Source: Mytilus edulis
Taxonomy: Eukaryota
Assembly (NCBI RefSeq): GCF_963676685.1
Contig: NC_092345.1
Coordinates: forward strand, 19,282,001 to 19,346,000
Length of the DNA stretch: 64,000 nt
Reading direction: 5' to 3'
Shown here: positions 50,201 to 61,072 of the stretch, piece by piece
Layout of the letters: every line of letters begins with the position of its first letter
Numbering within the stretch: the first letter of the stretch is position 1
Made by a program: the position numbers and the translations under genes
Notes under the pieces: model-generated
Told to the model about the DNA's origin: nothing
Databases searched by the model: none
What the model saw: only the letters and a program-made list of their open reading frames with translations

Positions 50201-53200
50201 ATAGTTGTCTCCTGTTTCAGCCATTTTTTTTGTATAAAAATGTTTTACAAAAAAAAATATTTTTTCATCCAATTAAAGTTGGTACATTGTACTACATTAT
50301 TATATTTTATTGAATTTGTACAAAAATAGGTATGGTACTTACTTCTTTTGTCGTATTTAAGAAGTTGATTTTGTTCTTGGTGTATATATTAATTTTCACG
50401 ATTTTTATATTTGGTTAAATCTGTATTTTTTATTACCTTTAATACACCTTATCGCTAATCCCGGCTGACCCGGTCGCTTGAACTTTTGACGTCAACAACA
50501 ATCACTTTTCCATTGTGGCGTCAGATATTTTGTTTTATGACGTCAAAATTTTACGGGAACCTGTGTGATATCCAGCAATGGCGGACAAATAGCGATAAGG
50601 TGTATAACAATGGTATATCGTCAGAAGAAGAAAACAAGATTGCAAGGGTAATTTTACTGACCAGAAAATCACCAAACTCAGTATGATTTAAAATAATATT
50701 ACATTTTAGGGTATACCTGGATTACCAGGGGCTAAAGGAGGAAGAGGGTTCGCTGGACCTAAAGGAGAACAAGGAGCAACTGGAACTGCAGGACTAGGTG
50801 GACCACCAGGACCAAGTGTAATTAAGTCATAATTAGTAGAAACTCATGTTGATAAGACTGTTTGAACATTGAAGCATAAATATTGATGAAAATACATCTG
50901 TTACTTTTTTGTTGACTCATGTTTAAATGCATAGGGCTTTTTTTTTGTTATCTTATCACTGCAATAAAAAAAAAATCTTAACATCAATTTTAAATTTTGA
51001 TTAAAGAAAGGTTTTGTGGTATTTAAATTGATTTCAGATTATATTATTTTCACCCTTACCGATGTTAACTGCAGATTTTGTAGTGCTTTTTTTTGGCTAT
51101 GATATTTCTTATTTATGAATTATTTATAAGATACATCTTTAACTACAGGGACGTAACGGTCTCAATGGAAGGAAAGGAGTTCGTGGTGACAGAGGAGTAC
51201 AAGGTCTTCCTGGACAACCTGGAGCAACAGGAGGTCTTGGACCACAAGGACAGTCTGGCCCATCTGGTGAAGATGGACCTCCTGGTCCATCCGGAGCTGA
51301 TGGCATAAAAGTAAGACATTTTTAAGATTTCACTTTTGAAACTATATTTGTTTTAAAAACATGAAAATTACTTCCGTTTTTGTTTCTAAATCACTTAATT
51401 CTTTAACTAAAAAAAATATATGATACAATAATGAAATAATGAATTCCAAATCTATGAATTGTTTTCACAATTTTTGAAATGAAAGATACAAATTTGCAGA
51501 AAATACATTCGATATATTATATTAGCAAAAATCAATGTAAGAATTTAGATTATGTATGTTTTTAAACGCAAAAACACATTATATATAACCATGCTAATGA
51601 TTTGTCTTTTTAATTACATTTGTGACATATTAAACAAAATATAGTGTAATAATTTTCTTCCTTCAGGGATCACGAGGAGAGGTTGGTCACATGGGCCGTC
51701 CAGGAGAATCTGGATCACCTGGATTTGCAGGAGAACCTGGATTAAAGGGAGCTAGGGGAGAAGATGGTGAACAAGTAAGTCATATTCTATTTACAGGTCA
51801 ACTGACCCCTCATTTTGAAAACTAGGATTTTGCTGGAGATATTTAAAATTTATTAAAGTTTTGATATAAACTCTTTGCTTGATATTATTCAACACTACTG
51901 ATTTTGATAAAATGTACTGAATTCTTTGCAGCCTATTTAAAAAATGTTTAATTAGTTATATGTTAAAATTAAAGCACAATAATATTCTTAAGAAATTATA
52001 ATTATAATACAGAGCCTTCTATAAACACTGCTATTATTACTCAACTAAATTTATTCTAAATAATGAAATAGTTTTAATGGTATGTAGTCATGACATATAC
52101 ATTGATTACATAGATTTTGCTTTATCATATGAATCTTTGCAAACTCATCTCTGAAATCTGTGTGTTCAGACATTTCTGAGGGTTTTAAATTATATCACTT
52201 TGTTTGGTAACAATATTTGGCCTTTAGATCAGAATGTCAGATAAATAATTTTTTACATTTATATTGTATTTTTAGGGACAAACTGGACCCGTAGGAGCAG
52301 CTGGACCACCAGGTGAAAGTGGACTCCCAGGAGATGGTGGACAACCAGGAGAAAGAGGACCTGCCGGTCCACCAGGACCAGCTGTGAGTCATCCTATAAA
52401 TAAAAGTTTTCTCACTTTTAGTGATACATTCTGAATAATTTAAGATACTTGTAGTCATAAAAGAATACAATATATTTACTCGAGGGTAGGAATGGGGGAC
52501 CCCACATGACTAATGACGGTAAAATATTTGTTGAAGTAGCGTTAAAGATAAACATTTTACTCAGTTTAACACTAACATAGCTACAATGAAATTTTAGGAT
52601 GATGATAAAAAATTAAGGCTTAGTTGACTCTAACTGTAGCCAAAAAAGGATGTTTGAAGTTTGACAATAAAGGGCATTCCTACCCTCTTACTTGTGAGTG
52701 GAGGAATTTGAACATGTGGGTATTTACCTTTTTGATGTTACTGTAATCAAAGGCAAGGGTGACATGTTCTTAGAATTCTGATGATTTGACTCTTAGCAAA
52801 TTTAGAGACTATATGCGTGTCTATTTCCTTCTATTAAGGGAAGTTATTACCTCCCCTGTAACTGTATAGAAGTTTTCTAATACAGGGGAAAATTGGGATT
52901 TATGATGATTAATTGTATACTTAAGTGTTCAAACTTTCAAATAGGTATGTATATGCTTTCATGTCACGAAAATTTGTGTTTTATCCTAAATTTGATATTT
53001 ATCATTATCATTATTTGTCATTATAGGGAATGCAAGGAGAAGCCGGAAGACCTGGACAAGATGGTTCCCCTGGTAAAGCAGGACCACAAGGAGTTACTGG
53101 TAGCCCTGGACCCATAGGAGATGTTGGACATCCAGTAAGTAGACTGGTTTCTAGATATACTATATTAGTCGAGCAAAGAAATAACTTATTTATAAGAAAA

Positions 53201-56200
53201 ACTTTAATTCTATATTCCATATTTTAGCCCTCAAAGTTATTACTTGGAAACAAAGGGGGATTGTTTGAGATGATTAGCTTGACCTAAAATCACCATTTGT
53301 ACAGGTCAATTTATATGTTTCATATTTAGGTTTGCTACTTTCATTTTGTGAATAAATATGAAACTGATATTTTTTCTTTCAAGGGACCCCCTGGACCAGA
53401 TGGTGCACCTGGACTCCAAGGACAATCAGGAGAAAAGGGAGTTGATGGAGATATTGGACCACCAGGAGCTGTTGGACTAATGGGATTCAATGTAAGTATT
53501 CTTATTTTTATATATATTTAAATAATATTTAGAGGACTTGAATTTTAATAAATCAATGGGAAAAGCCTTTGTTTAGCATATCATTATAAAGAATGTGTAA
53601 GTTAAAAAGGATATATTAATTCATTTTTATTGTGTCGATTGACCAAAAAATAAATACTGTTTTTTTAACTTGATTTTGTGATTTTATCAAATACAACATG
53701 AAAGCTAAAGGGAATTTTTGTTATGTTTTGTTAAACTCATATTTCACCTCTACCCACAAAATTGAATGGCCCATGAATAATTATGAATCCAGAATAATTC
53801 ATATTATTCATTGTTTAAAGACTTATTTATACAAGTCATGTTGTACCTGGATTCTGTGAAAGGGCTATAGTATAAAAGATGAATTGAAACTGTTATTAGA
53901 ATTTATTTTATGGTATATATATACTTAATAAAATTAAGATTATTATGATTTTGTTTGTAGGGACCTCCAGGAGGCCCAGGACCCGCTGGACCTGCAGGAC
54001 AACGTGGAGAAAGGGTATGTTATTACATTTTTAACCACAAGAGAGAAAAGTTATAGCTTGATATCAACTCAAGATTTTTAATTTCAGTATAACTATAAAA
54101 GCCATCTGCCTGTTTAGATTTGTTTTTTGTTTTTCATGTTTATTGGGTTATCTAGTAAAATTTTATCTTAATATTGTTGTCAGTTTTATTAATAACATAT
54201 TATTTGACTTTGCTGTAATATTTTTAATGTTGTTTTTTTTAGGGTGAACCTGGACCAAATGGAGCACCAGGTCAATCTGGAACCAGAGGGCCTCCTGTAA
54301 GTAAATTTAAATGCTTGTATTGTTCGTAAATCAATAACCATAACAGGCGGGGACAAAGACAGAGAAAAAACTCCGCTTTTTTGTAACGAATTTAACGATA
54401 AAATGAATTCTGATACATCTGTAAAGTAATAATGTAAACCAACTTTTTTTCAAGAGCAATTTTCCCCCTGACTTTTGTAAGTAGAAAAATAACTTCTATG
54501 TAGATCTTTTCTTACTTAATATAAACAGAAGGAAAAAAATGAGGTAGTTATCATACATTATTTTAATGATACACCAAACAAAAAACAGTGACCTTGGATT
54601 TATTTACACCTATCAACTTTCATTATTCAGCAAAAAGGTTAACAGAAAAGAAGCTAAAAAAAATAGCAAGGAAATATAAATTGTCAAAAAATTCATATTT
54701 GTTTCAATTTTAGGGCCCGCAAGAAAAAGAGTTATTATTTAAACATTGTTTTAATTTTAAGGCCCACAAGGTCCACAAGAAAATGAGTTTATTATTTAAA
54801 CAATGTTTTAATTTTAGGGCCCACAAGGTCCACAAGGAGTCACTGGAGAGAGAGGTGGAAATGGAGAAAATGTAAGTTTTTATCCAATTTCTAGATATGT
54901 TTGATTTTTTTTTTTAATTTCTATTAAAAGATATTTCTATACATTCTTATGAAAGTTTAGAGTGAGCAATTTTTATGAAGAGAAATACATCTTCTTCAAT
55001 ATAAATTCACATTGTGACATTAGTAAGGATACAGAAACAAGCAAAAAGTGCTTATATTAATCTGTCTCCTACTTGTATTAGATTCATATACAATACAAAC
55101 TAGTTTAGAATACTAGTGTAGACTTTGACAATTTTCATTCTCAATTTCATTTTGACAAATATCAATTTATTTTCAAGGAATTCACATAAATTTAGATTGA
55201 ATAGATGACGTATTACTATGTACTTCAACAACAACAAAAAATCAATTTTGAGTTCATTTCATTTCTAAATAAATAAGAGAGCCATATTTGTCCTAATCAA
55301 ACATATGTATTTATGTCATTGTTTTGTACATTTTGCCATTTTGTATTATCTAGGGAGACAAGGGAGACCCTGGACTTCAAGGCATGAATGGATTACCAGG
55401 ACCAGAGGTTAGTTTTTCTATTTCCCGTCAGATAAAAAGAAAAATGGTATCACTCAACTTGTTTTATTGCTACAAGTAAAAAACTATATTGCATTAACAT
55501 TTCTTTATTGCCAGTCGACCAACCAAAATTCTCGATTAATTATTTTCATTTCACTAAAAATGCCAATGAAGAGTGACTGGTCTTACACTGAAGGTACCCT
55601 GATTTGACCAGTAGTCTTGTCAAAATCTTTAAATAAAAAACAACTTGATCTTACTTATTCGCCGTTTCCACTTATGTTATTGAAACAACAGAATTGAAAA
55701 AATACATCGCTAAGACAATATTTAAAAAAAATTACTAAATATGATGTTACTGTTTTAATAGGGACCACCAGGTGAACCAGGATCTAGTGGAGCACAAGGA
55801 CCCCCAGGCCAAAGAGTAAGTAGCTCATCCATTTTATTTTTATTTACTGTTAATGTCTTACTTCGCTCTTTGATACAAATGGAAAATTGCCTTAAAATTA
55901 CTACTCAGTCAATGGATCCAAAATTAAGGACTGAAAATGTTTTTCCTTGAAAATGACTAAATGTTTCATAATCTGTTTTTTTTTTCTCTTTTTTTTTTCT
56001 ATAAATTTATATGGTAAGTGTGTTGTGAATTTGAAATGGAAATTCTGATAATTATTGTTACACATTCTTGTAATTTATCGAGTTAAGTATTAATTAATTT
56101 TATATCTTCGTTATTTTTTCAGGGTCCTGATGGAAGACGTGGAGACCCCGGAACTGATGGAAGCCCAGGACCTTCTGGACCACCAGGACCAACAGTATGT

Positions 56201-59200
56201 CAATTATTTTAATCCTCAAATTTATGTATTTTGATAAAAATCTACATACACCAAAATCTTCTCATAGCATTCACTTCATTATGATTATTTATATAAGTGA
56301 CCTCAGAGGAACTAAGAAGGCTTTTCACAAATGTAATTACACTTATCTTCGAAGAGCACAGATAGTCCAGGAAAGTCACTTTAAACTTTGTAAGATGGAA
56401 GAAGAAATGGATCTCTATATTTTAAAACTGAAAATGTCCAAACAATCTTCCTTTAGTTACATCAAGGTTTCCTTTAAGAAGCCTTTGTCTTCGAAATAAG
56501 TTGTAAGCATATAAATCAAACTAAATATATACAGATATAACAATAGATGGTTGGACTAAAGGTAAAAAAAATTAGCTCTAAGATTTGAAACATAATAAAT
56601 TGGGAAAACGGTCTTTTTATTTTTAGAATCATGTGATTGTGTTTCCATTTCATACAAAGTATCCTCTCATTTTTTCAAGGAGGCTTGTTTAACACACAAA
56701 TGTTTATTTTTAGAATGTTATTTTGTATGTTGCATCATATATTTAGAAATTAACAACTTTTTTTTTAAATTTAGGGTAGACGAGGACCATCAGGTGAAGA
56801 CGGACGCAGGGTATGACATTATACTTTTTCTCCTAATATTTTGAAAAAAGAATGACTCAATTTAGATTAAATATATGTAAATTCCAATTCAATATTTCAA
56901 ACAGTTAGAATGTTACTTTGTTTAGTTTGCATTAAACACAAATTTAAAACACATTTCTGGAGTTTTTTTCCACACCTTACAAAAAATAATTTTTTCAGAA
57001 AAAATTTCAAAATAAAAAAGCAACAATTTGATCAACTCTTCTCTCACCCAGACGCAGATGGTTTAAACGATACAAAAAAATTTAACACCAATTGAAATTG
57101 TGGACCTATCATTTTTTTTTTTTTAACTTTGTGATGATTGTTTCCTTCTTTTTAACCATTAACTTTTGTATTTTGCATAAACATGTATTAAGTTGTTCAT
57201 TTATATAGATTCATTCTTTGTTGTAAAAACAATTGTTTAACTCTTTTATTATATTTTTTTAGGGATCGATGGGAGAAGCCGGTAATCCAGGACCACCTGT
57301 AAGTATGATTCATCTCGCCTTCACTTTGACATTCAAACGTATATCATTTCCCCAATTTCAGAAAATTTTCAATATATATAAATATGATTTTTTTCAGAAA
57401 AAAGTCTTTGCCCAAAATGATGTTGCAATGTTCTCACATTTGAAATTGAAAACAATGTGTCCTTTTGTTTTTACTACTACCGCAGTATTTATAAACAAAG
57501 TTAAAAAATCTTTTAAAAAAGATAAGTTGTGTAACTAATCGTGATGTTAAGCATATGGTACGTTTTTTTAATTTTAGGGTCAACCAGGACGAAACATTTA
57601 TGGTGGTGCAATGACCCAGTGGTTCAGAAACCCAGCACAAGGAAACAAAGGATGGCAAGGAGATGATCCAATTCCAGCAGAAGAGGTATATAAATATAAA
57701 AAAAAGATATGTGACACATTTATTTAGAGGTGTGGCCTATTTGTATGCTTGTTTTAACTCCATATGTAACTGGCATTCATAAAATATCTTCATTTCTTTT
57801 GCTGTTAATTATCAAATTTGAACACATAACCATATTAAATTAATTAATGTGTATATAATGAAATGATGTATTGGCCAAACAATTTTAACAAAACAATTTA
57901 GGCTTAAAAAAATAATTTTTGAAAAACATTTTCTTTGCAGATTGATGCTGATGTTTTCAAAGCATTGGAAGAAGTAACTCTCCAAATTGAGAAGATCAGG
58001 AATCCAACTGGTGCACAAGATTCTCCAGCACGCACCTGTGAAGATCTCAAACACCATAATCCAGATATTGAAGATGGTAAGTGGTATCAGATTCTAATGC
58101 ATTTTGGGTAATATTTTCCAAAAGTGTACACCAAAACTTTTTGATTGGTTTAAAACATCCTAAACAATGGAAATCCATCCAATGACTTTTATGTATTTTC
58201 ATTTTGGTGACATAGTTATTCTGAATCTGAAACAGCGAATTCAGTATCCTATTTATATTAATAGATGTCTGACAGCTGATTTATTATCCTTTAGTTCAGT
58301 TCTATAAATGGTGTGTAAATAACACAGACTTCTTTTCTAAATGACCTTAGTATGTGCAAGGTCATTTTTTATCCCAACATTGTGCAGATTTCTTACCTTA
58401 TCACATGAGTTTTTGTGTGAAACGAAATGAAATAATAGGCTATATCCGAATCCTTTTTTAATGTGACCACTTTGTTTTTACAGGTGAATACTGGATTAAC
58501 CCTAACCTTGGACCGATATATGATGTTATTAAAGTAAGATGTGACTTCAAGAGGAAGAGAACATTTACATGTGTACAACCAGAAGTTAAAGTGGTAAGTA
58601 TTCACTTAAAAAATAATTAATTTGTGTACATTTTAAAAAGCTGTTTATAAAGTTTATTTTTTTAACAACTTCTCATAATTTTATAAAATTGCATGTACTT
58701 ATACATCAAATGTAACAAAAAATTTAGAAAAGTGAACTGTTTTATCAAGGAATTATATCTCTTATGCTAATTTGACACATTTATTCTTAAATTTACAAGT
58801 GTGGACACAGATCAGTGTGGATAGTACTTGTTTGATTAGTGTTGGTATGTTTGACCTTGTTCTTAAATTCATCATTTGACCTTGTTCTTAAATTCATCAT
58901 TTGACCTTGTTCTTAAATTCATCATTTGACTTTTTTTCAGATTGAGAATGTTAAAGTAGAATCAAAAACATCCCACACCTGGCTTTCTGATGTACTAGGA
59001 TCTAAGGTAAATGAACACTATTTCTGCATTGGGAGTAAGGAGGGTCTGGATGAGATTTATAGAAGTGCAAAAATAAAGGCTATTAAATAAAAAAAGAGAG
59101 AAAGAAAACAATCACAAACACAGAAATATGAGACACCACATCCAGATCCTTGTTACTTAACAACAGATCATAAGCCCTAGCTAGAAAGTGATGGTCTTAC

Positions 59201-60447
59201 CTATATATGCAACTTTATATAGATATAGGAAGATGTTCGCAAAACTAGTTTATCACATTATTTAGTAATGCCCATTTGAGTCTTAAGAATGACTATTTAA
59301 TCCCATCCATAAATGTTTAGCCAATTTAAACCCATTTCGCAATTCTCAAATTAACTTGATGTAGTTAAATAAGAAAAACTCAAAGTTTAACATAGTCGCA
59401 ACTTTGATACTTAATTAATTCATGATTTTCTTTACAGTTTAACTATGATCCAAGTGCCTTCATCAAACCACAGATAAAATTCCTTCAGTATCTCCATCAA
59501 AAGGTTAACCAGAAAATTACATATGAATGTAAAAACTCTATTGCCATTGGAAGTGGTGAGAAATCTATCCAACTTTCTGGATTTGATGATACTACAATGT
59601 CTGTCAATGGCAAGAGGAGCATCAGATACAAGGTGGCAGAAGATTCTTGCAAGGTAAAAATATTTGATTTTTGTTATCAGATATTTTAAATTAAAATATC
59701 AATAAATAAAGGCAACAATAGTTTACTGCTTTTCAAAAGTCATAAATTGATTGAGAGAATACAAACTAAAACTGAGGGAAAGTCATCAACTATAAGCGAA
59801 AATCAACAGAACAACCAGAAACACTGAAGTGTGATGTTATAGAATAGAAAAGATAACCATGACGCAAAATTATTACATGCACAGCGCCAAAAAAAAAGCA
59901 AAGATACAGGCATTTTATTGCTGTTTTTCATCTGTTTTATACTCAATTGAGACAGCAACCCAACAAAACATTAGAAGCAGACATCAAGGAAAAAACAATA
60001 TTGGATCATACATGTTTTTCCAAAATGCCAAAATTTCTTCAGTTACAAACAACAAAAGGGTACAGTATGTCTTTAAAAAAAATCTTGCTTATCAGTTTAA
60101 AAAAAACACTTTGAAAATTCAAATAAAGGATATAGCATTTCATAAAAAAAAAGTTTGATCTGTGTGATTAAAACTAACAGTTTAACGTTCTACATTAAAA
60201 ACTTAAAAATTAATTATTGGAGTTGATAGAATGTAAAAGTTATCAAAGTTTACAGTGTATAAAGATGTTATTAATTGTGTTCTATTTTTACCTACAGGTT
60301 AAGAATGGTCAATGGGGAAGAACAGTTCTAGAGATTAATACAAAGAGAACAAAATCCCTACCAGTTATGGATATAGGCGTATATGATGTAGGGGCACCTG
60401 ACCAAGACTTTAAAATTAAACTTGGAGAAGTTTGCTTCTTTAACTAA
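30689..60447 (+). CDS. Fibrillar procollagen alpha chain (clade A / type I-II-like), 49 coding exons, 1442 aa
   Basis: Exons (all GT-AG, frame-consistent, 4329 nt total): 30689-30767, 35250-35384, 36050-36069, 36355-36414, 37281-37334, 37713-37781, 38142-38243, 39787-39831, 40179-40232, 40543-40596, 41245-41298, 41910-41963, 42351-42404, 42738-42836, 43188-43286, 43569-43712, 44007-44105, 44598-44759, 45047-45154, 45821-45865, 46286-46339, 46609-46707, 47018-47125, 47450-47503, 47648-47746, 48158-48256, 48832-48885, 49674-49727, 49929-50144, 50710-50817, 51149-51310, 51667-51774, 52276-52383, 53027-53134, 53384-53491, 53961-54014, 54243-54296, 54818-54871, 55354-55407, 55762-55815, 56123-56194, 56775-56810, 57263-57298, 57578-57685, 57941-58076, 58484-58593, 58941-59006, 59438-59653, 60298-60447. 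Helical exons are phase 0, start with Gly and are multiples of 9 nt. Exons 3-4 are the least certain. Confidence 0.95.
31395..31645. repeat. Degenerate ~45-50-bp tandem repeat
   Basis: Recurrent tgtgttc(c)cgattgctat..aaaac.a.tgattttg.ta.cggtacg. Confidence 0.7.
31955..32810 (+). repeat. HINE-like element with ~150-bp degenerate tandem cores in collagen intron 1
   Basis: gtccgtccgtctgt microsatellite followed by about 5 diverged repeats of aaacttatatcataggtttatatcagcaatg...acgagttagaaaatc. Confidence 0.6.
33185..33540. repeat. Degenerate ~22-bp minisatellite
   Basis: Recurrent (c)aaa(g/a)atattttaa...gtgagcta units. Confidence 0.8.
34768..34945. mobile_element. MITE with GAG termini
   Basis: gagtgtctggttgggg / ccccatccaaaccctc; flanks atgtat / atgtaa. 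Confidence 0.6.
35758..35950. mobile_element. MITE with GAGGGG termini and 6-bp TSD
   Basis: gagggg...ggtaggg / cctattccccctc; ctcaat on both sides; internal aatccc repeats. Confidence 0.75.
36628..36899. mobile_element. MITE with 19-bp perfect TIR and 6-bp TSD
   Basis: gagggggaggacaggggta / tacccctgtcctccccctc; agtaat on both sides; internal ggagaaagg repeats. Confidence 0.88.
38522..39601 (+). mobile_element. Second, shorter HINE family B copy in collagen intron 7
   Basis: Same termini (tttatacgaccgca ... tgcggtcatataaagctgcaccctgcggagcatctggtt) and same core repeats as 14843-16929. Confidence 0.85.
39787..57595 (+). CDS. Collagen main triple-helical domain (exons 8-44), 338 triplets = 1014 aa
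   Basis: Begins [12 protein letters not shown] and ends GQPGRN. Helical exon lengths sum to 3042 nt. GIKGHR cross-link motif at 41946-41963. Confidence 0.96.
44195..44370 (+). repeat. Abundant short interspersed repeat (aagatgtggtatg...gccaatgagacaactctcc...ggccttcaaca...)
   Basis: Related copies at 838-890/1690-1760, 49490-49610, 63120-63160, 63460-63600, and inverted at ~6420-6550 and ~61600-61880. Confidence 0.75.
45393..45599. repeat. Minisatellite, 29-bp unit x7, collagen intron 19
   Basis: Unit aaggtcat(cg/tg/ca)tgtaatgaactgtgatata. Confidence 0.97.
50443..50604. mobile_element. 162-bp MITE in collagen intron 29
   Basis: 15-bp perfect TIR tacaccttatcgcta / tagcgataaggtgta; TAA on both sides (alternatively CAC termini with a TA TSD). 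Confidence 0.82.
52482..52687. mobile_element. MITE with GAGGG termini
   Basis: gagggtaggaatg / cattcctaccctc (13-bp perfect); flanks ttactc / ttactt. Confidence 0.78.
57596..60447 (+). CDS. Collagen C-telopeptide and COLFI C-propeptide (exons 44-49)
   Basis: WQG|DDP BMP1/tolloid-like site; [16 protein letters not shown]; [10 protein letters not shown]; ITYECKNS; WGRTVLE...[27 protein letters not shown]; stop TAA at 60445-60447. Confidence 0.95.
58850..58930. repeat. Tandem repeat, 25-bp unit x3.2, abutting the exon 47 acceptor
   Basis: tttgaccttgttcttaaattcatca starting at 58850, 58875 and 58900. Confidence 0.97.
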
Positions 60448-61061
60448 AATCATTTTACATTTAAGCTTCATATTTTCATAAGCATTTTTTTTATATAATA
60501 GAATTTATCACATTGTGCAATTTTATGGTGCTGTAAAACTATAAATATTTTAGAGACTATTTAAACACATTTAGGACGGAATAGTGTGGATATTTTTATC
60601 AATTAACAATGATTTTTATATGTGCAATATATTTTGTATAATGAATTGTTTTTTGGTATTCGTCCTAAGGAAGGGACCATTCCTTTTATAATTTACACAT
60701 CAGGGAGAATGTAATGTTTGTATGAAGATAGATTTTTCTATCCTATGAGAGTTGCCATGTATATATTTGTTAGTTTTATAATTTTTAGCTGTGAAATTTA
60801 TTGCCGTTAGAAAATCGTAAGATCTGTGGTCTGCCATGATACCACTTTACTAACGACAACAAATTTCTGGTATAATACACCTTATCTGTGATATCATTTG
60901 CCAGACACTGCCATGATTTCAAGACTGTTAACATTTTTTTGTTTTATTTGTATAACATTGAATTTTCTATGCAATATGATTTGATATCTGCTTTTCTCAG
61001 CAATAGCATTTTATATACAGATCTTGTTCAGAAGGTTTATTGTAATTTCAGCTTTCAGAGA

Positions 61062-61072
61062 AATAAAATAAA
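61062..61072 (+). terminator. Candidate polyadenylation signal of the collagen mRNA
   Basis: Overlapping AATAAAATAAA ~615 nt after the stop codon, the first AATAAA I found downstream of it, followed by a T-rich tract. Confidence 0.6.

Noticed and set aside
44956-53220. Pro/Gly-rich minus-strand ORFs (e.g. 44956-45183, 46885-47106, 47602-47805, 53011-53220)
   Set aside because: Antisense shadows of collagen Gly-X-Y exons.
30689-60447. Byssal preCol-type collagen
   Set aside because: It has a COLFI domain and a 1014-aa helix, and lacks the His-rich, silk- or elastin-like flanks of preCols.
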